Shown here one piece after another: positions 48,812 through 62,659 of a stretch of DNA of 64,000 bases. Within the stretch, counting starts at the first letter, position 1, and the number at the start of each line of letters is the position of its first letter. A program made the position numbers and the translations under genes. The notes beneath the pieces were generated by a model. That model had not been told where the DNA came from. It did no database searches and was given only the letters and a program-made list of their open reading frames with translations. This DNA is from Leucoraja erinacea (taxonomy: Eukaryota): the NCBI RefSeq assembly GCF_028641065.1, contig NC_073379.1, forward strand, positions 9,734,001 through 9,798,000, in the 5' to 3' direction.

Positions 48812-51800
48812 CTCGCAGACAATCACCGGATATGCTCGAAAATCAATGTTTCTCTGGTTGTGTATAACTGCCCCTGTACTTCTGGCAACGTATCAATCTA
48901 TCCATGCGGTCCTTTAAAGCGTATGGAAATCGATCACCTCTGTCCTTCTGACAGCAAAGGGCTCCCTCAGCACTGTGTCCCAGTGACTGTGCAGCGTTCT
49001 CTCAGCTCTGCCGCTCCAGCAGTCGACCGTTCCATCAGCATGGCATATTTGACGGTAGGATACTTCATCAACGGTGTCCTTATAATATGGTCGGGGTCCC
49101 CTAAGCACTGCCTCTGAAGAATCGTCTCGCTCACGACCGCTCCTCGACGGCGCAGCGTTGCTTCTAGACTGAATGAGGGGCGTTGTGTATTTCGATGCAG
49201 TTCAATTCCGTCAATGCAGACAGCGCGAAGTTATGTAAGTATGTCACAAATCCGGTTAATGTAACCAATTGTTTACAGCATTAACAACGCCAAACCTGTC
49301 AAATCACTTTTGGTTTGAATTAATTTCAACCTAGAGATAGACAATGTTAAAAATGAGCTGCGGGAGAGATAGAAATGGAAGGTAAAGGGAAAGCATGAAA
49401 CAGTCTTCATGACTTCTGAGCATCCGAAAATGATTGGTGGAAAAATAACTAGCTTTGAGAAAGCAGGCAGTGTGAGCACAAAAAGCTCCTACAAACAATA
49501 AGGTGTTTAAATATAAAGACATATAAGAGAAAGACCGCGCTCCCATTGAAAAAACATGTTCTCCCTTCACCAGGTTCAAGAACAGCTTCTTCACAGCTGT
49601 TATCAAACTCTTGCACAGTCACAAAGTGCCCCCCTCCCCCCCCACCCACCCATCGGCTCTCCTTACTCCCTGCTTTATGTCCAAACACTAGAATCGTGGG
49701 AATAAAATGCAACCAGAAATTGAGGGTTGAAAGGGTTGAAATATCTTTCAGATATTGGTACAGGGGCAATAGCCTCTCACACTCCATATACGTGGAACAC
49801 GGTCTCTTTCTCACCGCACAAAAATACAGGCAAGGCAAGGCAAGGCAAGTTTATTTGTATAGCACCATTCGTGCAAACAGCAATTCAGGAAAGAAAAAAA
49901 AATAGTCAATAATTAAAAATTGCAAAACAAGCAATACGACAAATGTATGAATAATAAAACAACGTCAATGAAACAATAACACGGTTTTAAAAAAGCACAT
50001 TAAAGGGTTAAAATTAGACGGTTAAGATTACCTGCATTCGGGTTATGGACAAACTATAGTAAACAACAGTGTTTTTAGGCCTGATTTAAATGCACTTACA
50101 GTCTGTGCACACCTCAGGTGTTCAGGGAGCTTGTTCCACACGTGTGGAGCATAAAAACCGAATGCTGCTTCAGCCTTTTTAGTTCTGACCCTGGGAACAC
50201 AGAGTAAACCTGTCCCTGAAGACCTGAGGAGTCTAGGCGCCTCATATACAACAAGTAGGTCAGAGATGTATTTTGGACCTAGGCCATTCAGTGCCTCGTA
50301 GGTCAGCAACAGAATTTTAAAATCTATCCTCTTACACACAGGGAGCCAGTACAAAAATTTAAGGACAGGTGTAATGTGGTCCATTTTCTTGGTGTTGGTC
50401 AAGACTCTGGCAGCGGCATTTTGGATAAGCTGCAGTTGTTTAATTGATTTTTTATTGAGACCTGTAAAGATGCCATTACAATAATCTAACCTACTAAAAA
50501 TATATGCATGAACAAGTTTTTCAGTGTCTTCTTTGGACAGAAATCCCTTGATTCTTGCAATATTTTTTAGATGGTAATAGGCAGATCTGGTAATGGTCTT
50601 TATATGGCTGTTAAAATTCAAATCTGAGTCCATAACTATGCCAAGGTTTCTGGCTTTGTCTGTGGTTTTCAGTGCAATTGAGTCGAGTTGAGCACTCACC
50701 TCTAGCCTTGTTTTTTTGGGACCAAAGACAATAATTTCTGTCTTATTTGCATTGAGGAGGAAGTTCTGGTTCATCCACTCATTGATATGTTTGACACACT
50801 GGCTCAGTGAGTGTAGGGGACTATGGTCATGTGGTGACACTGCGATATATAGTTGTGTGTCATCGGCATAAGTGTGGTAGGATATGTTAAAATGCTCTAT
50901 GATCTGAGCTAGGGGGAGCATATAAATGTTGAACAAAATGGGTCCAAGAATGGAGCCCTGAGGAACCCGCATGTGAGTTTTGTACGTTCTGATTCAAAAT
51001 TACCAAGGGAAACAAAATAATCCCGATCTTTCAAGTAAGATTTGAACCAGTCCAGCACAGAACCAGAGAGTCCCACCCACTGCTCCAGTCTGTTAAGCAG
51101 TATGTTGTGGTCCACCGTATCAAAAGCAGCACTGAGATCTAGAAGTACCAAAACTGAAGCTTTTGATGCATCACTGTTTAGATGTATGTCGTTTAGGACC
51201 TTAGTGAGTGCAGTCTCGGTGCTGTGATGTGGCCGAAATCCCGACTGGAAGACATTAAAAATATTGTTTTGGGTCAGAAAGCAGTACATTTGTTGGTAAA
51301 CTACCCTTTCAATAATCTTTGCCAAAAATGCTAAATTAGATATAGGCCTGTAGTTGCTCATAGCTGAGGCATCCAAATTAGGCTTCTTCAATAGGGGCGT
51401 GATCACTGCTGTTTTTAAGGCTTTGGGAAAATGCCCCGATTGAAGGGAAGTGTTTACTATGTTCAGTACTTCTGGTACAACACTGTTAAAATTATTTTTA
51501 AAGAAGCTTGTGGGCAGCAGATCAAGACAGCAGGTAGTGGACTTTAGCTGTTGTGAACAGTTTCAGTCAGAGATGCACAATCTAAAAGTTTAAAATGTTG
51601 TAGATTCATTAGTGAATCTGGAGGCATAGGTGACAAAGCCATGTTCCCTGAGGTGGAGCTAGACATTGTTTGTCTTATCTTCAGAATTTTATCGGTGAAG
51701 AAATCCGCAAAGTCATTGCACGACTTGCTGGACAGGAACTCAGGAGGGATTGATGATGAGGGGTTTGTCAGTCTATCGACAACAGCAAACAGGGTGCGGG

Positions 51801-52746
51801 ACTTATTATTTTTGTTGATAACCTCTGAGAAAAAGGACTGCCTTGCCCCTTTCAATTCCTGATTATAGATACGGAGGTTGGCTTTGTAGATGTCGTAGTG
51901 GACCTGTAGTTTGGTTTTTCGCCACCTACGTTCGGCCTGTCTACACTTTGTTCTTTGGGATCTCACTGCTGTGGCATTTCTCCATGGTGACTTTTTCCTT
52001 CCACATAAAACCTTGGTCTTTAGTGGTGCAATAGCATCCATAGCGATGTAACTAGTAGCGTGGATAGGGGAGAACCAGTGGATGTGGTGTATCTGGACTT
52101 CCAGAAGGCTTTTGACGAGGTCCCACATAAGAGATTAGTATACAAACTTAAAGCACAAGGCATTGAGGGTTCAGTATTGATGTGGATAGAGATAGGCTGG
52201 CAAACAGGAAGCAAAGAGTAGGAGTAAACGGGTCCTTTTCACAATGGCAGGCAGTGACTAGTGGGGTACCGCAAGGCTCAGTGCTGGGACCCCAGCTATT
52301 TACAATATATATTAATGATCTGGATGAGGAAATTGAAGGCAATATCTCTAAGTTTGCGGATGACACAAAGCTGGGGGGCAGTGTTAGCTGTGAGGAGGAT
52401 GCTAGGAGACTGCAAGGTGACTTGGATAGGCTGGGTGAGTGGGCAAATGTTTAGCAGATGCAGTATAATGTGGATAAATGTGAGGTTATCCATTTTGGTA
52501 GCAAAAACGGGAAAGCAGACTATTATCTAAATGGTGGCCAATTGGGAAAGGGGGAGATACAGCGAGACCTGGGTGTCATGGTACACCAGTCATTGAAGGT
52601 ACGCATGCAGGTGCAGCAGGCAGTAAAGAAAGCGAATGGTATGTTAGCTTTCATTCCAAAAGGATTTGAGTATAGGAGCAGGGAGGTTCTACTGCAGTTG
52701 TACAGGTTCTTGGTGAGACCACACCTGGAGTATTGCGTATAGTTTT

Positions 52747-55700
52747 TGTAAAGGGACTCAGTCTGACACACTGTAAACTTTACTAGAGTCTTTATTATAG
52801 CACATGACACACACGTCCCAGCACTGGCTGCACCCAGCCTTCAGGCGTACCAGGACAAAATGGGAGGAGAGGAGGGGAGGAGATCATAATTATACTGATA
52901 TGAGAGGGCGTGTTAATGGTGATGAGGTAGATACATTATAGGTTGCATGCATAAACCATCTACATCCTTTCCCATACAATTTAAACAAAGTTGCAAGAAC
53001 AGCAGGTTAATTATACAGGACCTGCAAAACTAAGCGAAGTCTCCGTAGCGATCCGGAGCTTTGACAACCTGACCCGAGCGAGTGCGCACAGCACCTTCAC
53101 CCTCCCCACCCGAAAGAAGAGCGAGCAGAACGGGAACAGGAACAGGGGGGAAGGAGAAGGCCGGCGGGGACCCCGGCTGCAAGGGGGAACCGGCAGGCAC
53201 CGGGGAACCAGGAGAGAGAGAAGGGGAGGAACGAGCAGCAGGTGGAGAGAGAGAGAGACGGGCAGGAGGCGAGCGGACCGGAGAGCGGAGACCGGGAAGG
53301 GCAGAGGGAGGAAGGCGAGGGACGCGAACCGACCAAGGCATGTTACGGGCAGAGGGCATGTTACTGGAGGGGGGTACCGCAGGCGGAGGAGAATAAGGAA
53401 CAGCAGGAGGAGGTTTCGGCTCTCTGACCGCCAACAGGTGCTGGCGGCTGCGACGGTAGATGGTGCCCTCATAGTCCACTAAGTAGGAACGCGGCGAATC
53501 GTCGACACCCACCACGGTAGCGAGCCTGGAGAAACCGGTAGAGGTCTGCAAACGGACGACCTGGCCTGGCAGTAGTGGGGAGAGAGGACGGCTGGATCTG
53601 TCGTGCGAGCGGCGTTGGATTTCGTGCTTCTGAGCAATTCGCTGCTGGACGGCAGAAGGCTGCAGGACCCTGGGCACTAGAGTTTGCTGGGCAATAGGCA
53701 TCGGAGGGCGAATAACGCGGGACATGAGCCGTTGGGCAGGCGATTTAATGGTACAGTCTCTGGATATATTCTGAAGGTTCAACAACCCCTGGTAGAAATC
53801 ACCATTAGAGAGATAGGACTGTTCAAGCAGGTGCTTTGCACTGCGCACAGCGCGCTCAGCCAGACCATTGCTCTGCGGGTACTCTGGACTGCTGGTGTAA
53901 TGATCGAAGTTCCACTTTGTAGCGAAGGCTTCGAACTCAGCACTAGTGAACTGGCGGCCGTTGTCAGTCTGTAACCGGACAGGAGATCCAAACGTTGCGA
54001 AGTGGCGGCGGAGCTTGCTGATGACCATCTCCGAGGTGATGGCAGGGAGAAGGTCCACCTCGAACCAATTTGAGTAAGAATCCACCAAAACGAGGTATTG
54101 CTTTCCACGCCAATCAAAAATGTCGGCAGCCAGCGAGGACCATGGCATGTCAGGGGCAGGCTGTTGTAGCAGTGGCTGACGCTGCTGATGCGGGGCAAGA
54201 GAGTTGCAGTCCGGGCAGGAGGCCACTCTGGCCTTGATGTACTTCGCCATGCCAGGCCAATAGTACTGTTCCTGGGCATGCGAGACGGTGGCGTCAGCCC
54301 CAGGATGCCCCATGTGGGCAGCATTGAAGTACAGGTCGTATAGTGAGGCAGGGACGACTACTTTGTAGCCCTTGATGATAATGCCATCGATGAGCACCAG
54401 CTCATCACGAACCAGGAAGAAGGGGTGAACGGCAGCAGGTAAAGAGGTGCGCTTGACAGGCCATCCACGCCTGATGACAGCGGCAGCTGTTGTAGATCAG
54501 GGTCGTCGGCGGTGTGTGCAGCCAGGCATTGGAGCTGCTTGGAAGGGACGAAATTCACGTTCAGCACCTGTAGGTCATCCTGTTCGAAGGGGTGCTGGAC
54601 ACGTGAGGTCCGGGGGGCCAGGGACAGCGGGTCAGCCACATGCATCTCGGTTCCCCTTTTGTAGACGATTTTAAAGTCAAAGCGCTGCAGCTGCAGCATC
54701 ATCCGCTGCAGCCTGGCGGGAGCAACGTGGATAGGTTTGTTTAGGATCGTCACCAGGGGTTGGTGATCCATCTCGACAGTGAAACTGTTGCCAAAAAGGA
54801 AGTCTCGAAACTTTGAACAAGCGAACACAACTGCCAGCAGCTCCTTCTCAATCTGCGCGTAGCGCTGCTCCATGTACGTCATGGTCCTAGCGGCATAGGA
54901 GACCGGCTGTAGGGAGCCATCATCGTGCGGCTGCTGGCAAGCAGCACCCAGACCAAAACGTGAGGCGTCACACGTCACCACCAACGGACGCTGCAAATCA
55001 AAGAACCTCAGAGTGGATGTGTTGATCAGCTTTATCTTCGGCAGGTCGAAAGCTTGCTGGTGGTGTGGGAACCAGGACCAGGCAATGTCTTTTTTAGTAA
55101 GCTGTCTTAGGGGCGCGCTCAGCTCGCTGAGGTCAGGAATGAACTTGCCCAGGTAGTTGAGCATGCCCAGGAAGCGCTGTAGACCGGCAATATCAGTGGG
55201 GGCAGGCAGTTCAGAGATTGCGTTCGTCTTTTGGGGGTCGGGCTTCAACCCTTTTGCCGTGAAAATGTGGCCAACGTACGGGACCTAAGGTACACGGAAA
55301 CGGCATTTTGACGGGTTCAACTTGAGATTTACCTGCCTGGCGTGGTCCAGGATTCTGCGGAGGTTGCGGTCATGCTCAGCCACATCTCTGCCGTAGACCA
55401 GAATGTCGTCCACAATAATCGCACAGGGCAGACCTGCAAACAGTTGCTCCATGGAACGTTTAAGAGGCAACTGCAGATGCTGGAGAATCGAAGGTTACAC
55501 AAAAAAGCTGGAGAAACTCAGCGGGTGCAGCAGCATCTATGGAGCGAAGGAAATAGGCAACGTTTCGGGCCGAAACCCTTCTTCAGACCTCCATGGAGCG
55601 CTGGAATACCTCACTAGCGGAGTTGATGCCGAACGGCATCCGCAAGAATTTAAACCTGCCGAAGGGTGTACTGAAGGTTGTTAAGTCAGAGGAGCGTTTG

Positions 55701-57873
55701 TCCAGGGGTATTTGCCAAAATGAACTCCTGGCGTCGAGGACGGAAAACACCGTTGCTTGTCCGACTTGAGCGGCGACGTCTTCAACGGTCCGCATTGAGT
55801 AGTGGGGCCGCTTGATTGCTAAGTTCAAGTCCTTGGGGTTGATGCACACCCGTATCTCATCCTTTCCTTTCTTCATCGTGGCGACCATGGTGGAGACCCA
55901 CTCGGTGGGCTCGCTGACTGACGCCAGAACACCCATATCGACCATGTCCTTTAGCATAGCCTCCACCTTGCCCTTCAAGGCGAATGACACTCTGTGCGGC
56001 GGGCGAATCACAGGCATCACGGAGGGGTCAGTTGCAATCTTGTACAAGAGCGGCAGCTTCCCCAGCTTACCGTCAAAAAGGTCTGGATACTCGGATAGCG
56101 GATCCATCACAGCTTGAACCTCGTGAACTGTCCGGTCGAAAGACACCAGACCGAGATCCTGGCAGATCTGGTTGCTCAGCAAGGTGACACAGTCGCAATC
56201 CAGAATAAAGAACGACAGGTCACAGGATGATTTCTGCAGCACACAGTGGAAAGTGGCCCTCCCCACAGGTGTTAGTTCCTCTCCCCTATAGGCACGCAAA
56301 ACAGAGCGATCGGCAGTCAACAGCTCATTATTTCTTATCTTGTTGAACAGTGATGTTGACATAACATTCACTTTTGCACCAGTATCGAGTTTAGCAGAGA
56401 ATGACTTGTTATTCACCGTAATGTGCACAGAAGGTTCGGGGAGGCTAGAGTGGCTGTGAAGGAGAGTGTGGTAAACACTTCACTCTCCCACCGATCACAG
56501 AGTCGGTGGGCAGTGTCGGCAGTAGACTGAGAGTCCATCTCACTATCAAGTTGCTGAAGGATGTTTAGGATTTGCCTAGTAGCTGGTGGAACTTTCCCAC
56601 GGGAACGGCATGCGGCAGCAAAATTATTCATTTTCTTACAGAAATTGCAGGATTTTCCGAAAGCCGGGCACCGAGACTGCACGGGGTGGGCATAGTTACA
56701 ATTGGGACACTTAGGTGCCCACGGGTCCCGAGACGTACGGGCGGGCCGCGGTGGAGGGCGGGAGCTGTCCTGCAAACGTCGTGGCCCTGTAACACCAGTT
56801 ACACCAGTCAGATTGACAGCGCGGCTGTTAGATCCCCTCACCCCATGCGTAGGGGCTACCACCTCGGCGATGCGACACGCATGCATTGCCTGAGTCAGGG
56901 TCAGGTCAGGTCTTTGCAGCAAATCAGCACGTAACTTCTGGTCTAACATGCCAGTAACTAGAACGTCCCTGGTGAGCTGATCACACATATTTTTGAAACG
57001 GCACCGCTGAGCAAGGTAGCGCAGGTCAGCGATGAAACACTCGACAGGTTCTTCTGGCTGTTGCTTCCGCGAGAAAAACCTAGCCCGCTCCAATATGCGG
57101 TTGGAGGGCTCGGCGTCGCAAATCTCGTCAAATTTACGCAAAAGACTTTGCAGCAAATCGGCGGCAGATTCTGGTCTGGCACGACGAGCTGGCCGTTGAC
57201 ATCCAGGACCTCTGGATCATAGACGAAAGCCCGAGCTCTCTTCGTGGCATCGGAAACTGCTAGATTAAGCTGGAGGGAGGCGAGAAAAACGTAGCTGGGT
57301 CAATTGCGGTTGGAGGGCAGGTCGCAAAACTCGTCAAATTACGCAAAAGACATACCGGGTCGGGGGCGGCAGATTGTGCGCAAATGACATACCGGACGGC
57401 GGAAGCTGACGAGCTGGCCGTTGACATCCAGGACCATTACATAGACGAAGCCCATCGCTCCGCATCGGTCCGCATCAGGAACGGACATTTCTGTGCGCAA
57501 ATTGACGAAGTGAGTGTAGTCCATTACAAAAGTAGCCCATGCTCCGCAACGAGGACAAGGCCATCAAAACTGATAGGGAATACCTGATAGGGAAAATAAA
57601 ATATAAAGAAAACCGGTAAACGAGAGGCACGAGTCTAACTAACTATCTGACACAATGTAAAGGGACTCAGTCTGACACACTGTAACCTTTACTAGAGTCT
57701 TTATTATAGCACATGGCACACACGTCCCAGCACTGGCTGCGCCCAGCCTTCAGGCGTACCAGGACAAAATGGGAGGAGGGGAGGGGAGGAGATCATAGTT
57801 ATACTGATATGAGAGGGCGTGTTAATGGTGATGAGGTAGCTACATTATAGGTTGCATGCATAAACCATCTACA
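52747..57873 (-). mobile_element. Full-length but frameshifted Ty3/Gypsy LTR retrotransposon (Mag-like)
   Basis: 218-bp LTRs TG..CA (52747-52964, 57656-57873; 6 mismatches by my count); TSD GTTTT; PPT GGGAAAGGA; PBS-like TTGTGTCAGA; gag with two Cys/His knuckles, protease LDTGA, RT VDD, RNase H CDAS..YAQIEKELLA, integrase HHCC and DDE (PQSNGLAER). Confidence 0.95.
55459..55588 (-). mobile_element. 130-bp Penelope-type short insertion inside the Gypsy RT, with 12-bp target duplication
   Basis: CTCCATGGAACG (55447-55458) and CTCCATGGAGCG (55589-55600); removing the insert restores FQRSMEQLFAG; core nearly identical to 25986-26090. Confidence 0.85.
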
Positions 57874-60800
57874 GTTTTGGTCTCCAAATCTGAGGAAGGA
57901 CATTATTGCATAGAGGGAGTGCAGAGACGGTTCACCAGACTGATTCCTGGGATGTCAGGACTGTCTTATGAAGAAAGGCTGGATAGACTTGGTTTATACT
58001 CTCTAGAATTTAGAAGATTGAGAGGGGATCTTATAGAAACTTACAACATTCTTAAGGGGTTGGACAGGCTAGATGCAGGAAGATTGTTCCCGATGTTGGG
58101 GAAGTCCAAGGCAAGGGGGTCACAGCTTAAGGAAAAGGGGGGACTCTTTTAGGACCAAGATGATAAAAACTGTTTTTACACAGAGAGTGGTGAATCTGTG
58201 GAATTCTCTGCCACAGAAGGTAGTTGAGGCCACAGTACATTGGCGATATGTAAGAGGGAGTTAGTTAGATGTGGCCCTTGTGGCTAAGGGGATCAGAGGG
58301 TATGGAGAGAAGGCAGGTACGGGATACTGAGTTGGATGCTCAGCCATGATCATATTGAATGGCGGTGCCGGCTCGAAGGGCCGAATGGCCTACTCCTGCA
58401 CCTAATTTCTATGTTTCTATGTTTCTATAAGAGTCATAACATTGGAGCTAAAACCATCCACAAGGTCATCGACAGAGGCCGAGGGCAGAGTTGGTGGTGG
58501 TGTACAGGCCTGAGTAAACAATGCGCCGGTGTTTTCATTGATACAGCGCCTTTCGATCACCTCTGGTTCTTTTCTGAAACTGCTAGCAGAGATGGTCGTT
58601 TTAAAAAATACACAGTGGTGATCGGAAAGATCGGAAATACAGGCGGCTGACGAGCCCGTGAACCAACTCAAACATTTATTACATGCCACCGCTCTGTGCA
58701 ACACTCTCCCAACCCAGGTCCCCAATGTAAAGGGGGATAACTCCCTTGTAGAGGGACCCCCACTGGGGATCTCCTCCGCCTTCGGGTGGTAACACCGACC
58801 GCCATGGTGTGTCAGGACGGAGACGAAGGCAAGGAGGTGCAGAATGTGCAAGAGCATTATGTAAAGTATGCGTCTGTTCGCATCACAAAATGGCACGCTG
58901 GGCATCTCGGAAAGGTGGTTCAGGTTGTGTGGAGCTGGTGCCCGAGAAATATCCTGGAGCCTAGGTCTGATGAGCAAATAGGACGGAGCGGGGTGAGCCC
59001 ATTCAGAACCACTCTAGGCGCACCCTCTCCTCGACACCCGCTATGACAGGGTGAGGATCGGCCAGTCCTGCAGCCACAACATCCCCCTCCCCCTGTGGAG
59101 CAACACGCTGGCTGAAAACAACCAAATTCCTCACTGTTAGCACATCATCATAGAAACTATGCAAACCCCGTAAGGCGGGTCGACTGATGCCCGCCACCGG
59201 GAGCCACGAAACCCCCCTTAGGCAACGACCCCGACGGAAAAATACACATGGCCAGAGCGTGCCATCTGGGGGGGGGGGGGCTGTTCTCCGCATACATATA
59301 CCTCCGCAGAGTCCTGAGATGGAGAGCCACCACCTGGGTACGCACGCATACCAAGGACTGGCCGCCCTCCTCTAACGGGAGACTCAGGAGAGTCTCCCGT
59401 GGCTACGGAGACCCAATGTTTCCTATTTCCCCAAAGGAAATCCACCAGCTTCTTCTGTAAAGCAGTTACAAAAATGGAAGGCGGGCCAAGAGTAGCCAGC
59501 CGGTACCATAACATGGAGGCCACCAGCTGGATTATGACCAGCACCCTCCCCTGAAAGGAAAGAACTCCAAGCAGGCCTGACCAGCGCCCCAGCTGGGCTA
59601 CCACTTTCTTCTCCAACTCCTGCCAGTTCGCCGGCCAACCATCCTTAGTGGGACTCAGGTAAACCCCCAGATAGAGGAGGTGCCTGGTGCTCCACGCATA
59701 CATTGTCATCCTTCCTGACAGGGAGTCTACTTACCACTGACCCACTAAAAGTCCAGAACACTTACTCCAGTTAATCCTGGCAGAAGATGCAGCTGAGAAA
59801 GTCTTCTGGCAGTCACGCATCCTCCGCAGGTCACCAGGATCAGTGAGCGTAAGGAATACATCATCGACATACGCCAAAAGAACCACCTCCTCCCCCGGGC
59901 CAGATAGGGCCAGGCCTGTCAACCTCCTCCTCCGAAGAGCCAGGGACGGCTCCACACAGACTGAGTACAACTGACCCGACATGGGACACCCCTGACGGAC
60001 CGCCCCTCACAAAATGAAAGGGTGCCAACAACACACCATTAACCTTCCCAAAGCACTCCACTGCAGTATACAAAAGCCGGACCCGGGCTACAAAATTCAG
60101 TCCAAATCCGAAGGCTTGCAACGTCCCGAAGAGGTATTCATTCTACCCTATCAAAGACCTTCTCCTGATCAAGACACAGAAAAGCAGTTGACTGACCAAT
60201 ACCCTGGGCTAGATGAATCAGGTCCCTAACCAGGTGGATGGATTGGCCAGGGTCTGTATAGGACTGGTCAGGTTGAATCAGTTGAGACATCACAGAGCCC
60301 AGGCAATTTGCCATCACCCGTGCAAATACTTTATTCTCTGTACATAGGAGAGAGACCAGGCGCCAGTTTTCAACATGTGGAGTTCCCCTTCTTGGGCAGC
60401 AAGACGCCAACTGCCCTACGCCACGAGAGAGGCATCTTCCCGGTCGCCAGGCTCTCCCCCCAGAACCACCATGTACCCACCCCCCAGAATATCCCAGAAA
60501 GCTCCAACAAATTCTACCGTCAACCCAACCAGCCCTGGGGACTTGCCCCTCCTGAGATGGTACAGGGCACCAGTTACAGTCGGTAAACCCTCCCACAGAG
60601 CCCGCTGAGCCTCCCCGCTGAATCCATCTGCAGAGAACAGGGACCCATAAAAGGACCGGCCCAAAGCACTGATCCTCTCCGGATCCATTTGGGGTTTGAG
60701 GATGCCGAGTGGGTGGGGGGGATGTGTGCGGGGTGGGGGGCGACAGATAGGACATATATGTAACTCACAGAGAGAAATTGTCATAGAGGCATCAGTACCG

Positions 60801-60965
60801 ATCACATTTAAACAACGCTTGAGTGTGCAGTTGATGAAACGTGTCCCGCAGGCGATCGATTCCATTGGGATTCTGCTGTCCACTGCTGATGGGTCAAGCC
60901 CTCCGCTGCTGTGTCCCACACGTTCCATCTGTAAACATATAAAAGTCTGATCTTGTGTCTGTGTC

Positions 60966-61890
60966 TGAAGATGGCGGACTGCAGGGGTGATCCGCCGTTG
61001 TGTATGTCTGCTCCGCATGCAGTCCGTCCTTTCACCCTTTTTTATTTTTATTTTTAGTCCTGTCACTACAAAATGTTTGTTGGAGGTCTTCTTTTATGTG
61101 GTGGGTGGGGGGAGGGGAAGGGGGAAACTACTTTAATCCCAGTCCTACCTGGTCGGAGATGCGGTTTTCCTCCGAACCCCATCTTCGTCCTCTCTGTGCG
61201 GCCTACCATCGAGCTGGAGCAGCGCTGGAGCGGCGTTTCCTGCCGGGACTACAGCTTCGCCGGCGGTGCAAATGTTGAGACACCAACACGGAGCGGGCGA
61301 TGCCTTACCGGGTCGCCTTGCGGTAAGCTCCGGGGCACTGTGACCGCCGACTGCAACATCGTTGAGCTGCGGCTGCAGAGCGTGCGGCGGGCGGCACTGG
61401 ATTTACAGCACCACGGAGCCTGGGATCCGAGATCGCCAGAGTCGGAGGTCCGGCCGGCGCAGCCTGAGAACTTTGGACATTGCAGTCTCCGGGGAGGAAG
61501 CGGCCGCTTCAGTCCAAGCCGCTGAAGAATGTTCACCCGACGCCGATGATCCAGCCTCGTGGCAAGAGGGCCTGAAAACACCGGGTTGGTTGAGGAGGCC
61601 ACATATAGACCCCGACCTCGGGTGGACTATGAGGAGGAGAACTGGATATTTTTAGTGCCTTCCCTCACAGTGAATTCTGCTGTGGGGGGACGTTTCTTGT
61701 TGATTTCTATAGTGTACTGTTCTGTGTCTTTTTTCTTTTTCTTCTTTTTCTTTTTTATTTTATATGGATTTATTGACATTTAATCAACTCAATTAGTTTA
61801 ATCAATCTCTGTAAAGCACTTTGGTTCAAAGTGATTTTGTTTAAAAGTGCTATATAAATAAATATTACTTATTACTATTACTTACTTATT
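60966..61890 (+). mobile_element. ~0.9-kb GC-rich non-autonomous retroposon with L2-type 3' tail
   Basis: Starts AAGATGGCGG; ends TGTAAAGCACTTTG...AAAGTGCTATATAAATAAA plus AT-rich microsatellite; no credible ORF. Confidence 0.5.
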
Positions 61891-62659
61891 CATTGTATCT
61901 TCCTCAAAACGCTACCCTAAAACTCTTAGATTTTTACATATTCTTTCTCACATTTTCCTCCCCACAACCTCATCAGGTTCACTTCAAATTGCATGCTCGA
62001 TTCCAAAAGTTATTGGCGATTAAAGTTAAAAAAAAGACACAAACCGCTTCTCACAGAGAGCCTTTTTCCAGCAGCTTCAGATGATGATGTCACAATGCCA
62101 CTCACAGTGCACCAATCATAATTGGCTCTCAAGCAGCCCATTACCACAATGACATCACAATGGGACGTTGCCAACAGTAACCACAGCAGGAAGAGAGGTT
62201 GCCAAAGGCAGACCCTGTCGGGGGGGACAATAAATGCCATTTGGCATGGCCTTGTCTGCCTCAAATGGATCTTGATTTGGGGGGCCTCTGAAATTGAGGG
62301 GCCTATAGTTGATCTTGGTTTGTGGGCCATTAAAATTGAAATTGGCCTGGGTCTCAGTTCATCTGAGGGACAGCCTGGCCAATGTCTCTCGTGCCTCAGC
62401 TGCCTCCATTCGGTCAGTGTCGTGCTCGGACTACTGTCTGCTGCGAGTGGACTTTATCCCAACGCACACATTACTGGCATACTAGCACTTTAATGACCAT
62501 CTGCTGGAGAATCGGCGGGGTGGGAGATCACAACCTTCACATTGTCCACCCTGTTTCGACTAATGCAATCAACCGGTCATTCACAAACAAATATATCAAA
62601 TAGAACAAGTTGACCAACAACTTTAGGCTGTGCACGCCATGCGTAAGAAGAAGAAGGAG

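Larger units (their letters stand above)
52045..58428 (+). mobile_element. Young CR1 inserted in the L2 and split by the Gypsy element (pieces 52045-52746 and 57874-58428)
   Basis: RPHLEYCV stops at the LTR and resumes as ggtctccaaatctgagg after the other LTR; TTTCTATG tail. Confidence 0.92.
49832..58634 (-). mobile_element. L2-clade LINE, 5'-truncated; pieces 49832-52044 and ~58428-58634; 10-bp TSD
   Basis: LSDHHCVFF (end of endonuclease), [62 protein letters not shown]; (CCTTG)n tail; AAATACAGGC at 49822-49831 and 58635-58644. Confidence 0.92.
49640..60690 (-). mobile_element. Tx1-like (L1 clade) LINE, decayed; pieces at ~49640-49831 and 58635-60690 split by the L2 insertion
   Basis: LDQEKVFDRV, LAYVDDV, SARINWSK, YLGVYL..WQELEKKV..GRVLVI..LVASMLWY; the C-terminal Cys/His motif reads VLHRAVACNKCLS..AAC on one side and CGEKETVFHVYMECERL on the other. 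Confidence 0.8.

Noticed and set aside
48830-49300. SLC43A3 promoter or 5' UTR
   Set aside because: Mildly CpG-rich, but the start site or an upstream non-coding exon cannot be located from sequence alone.
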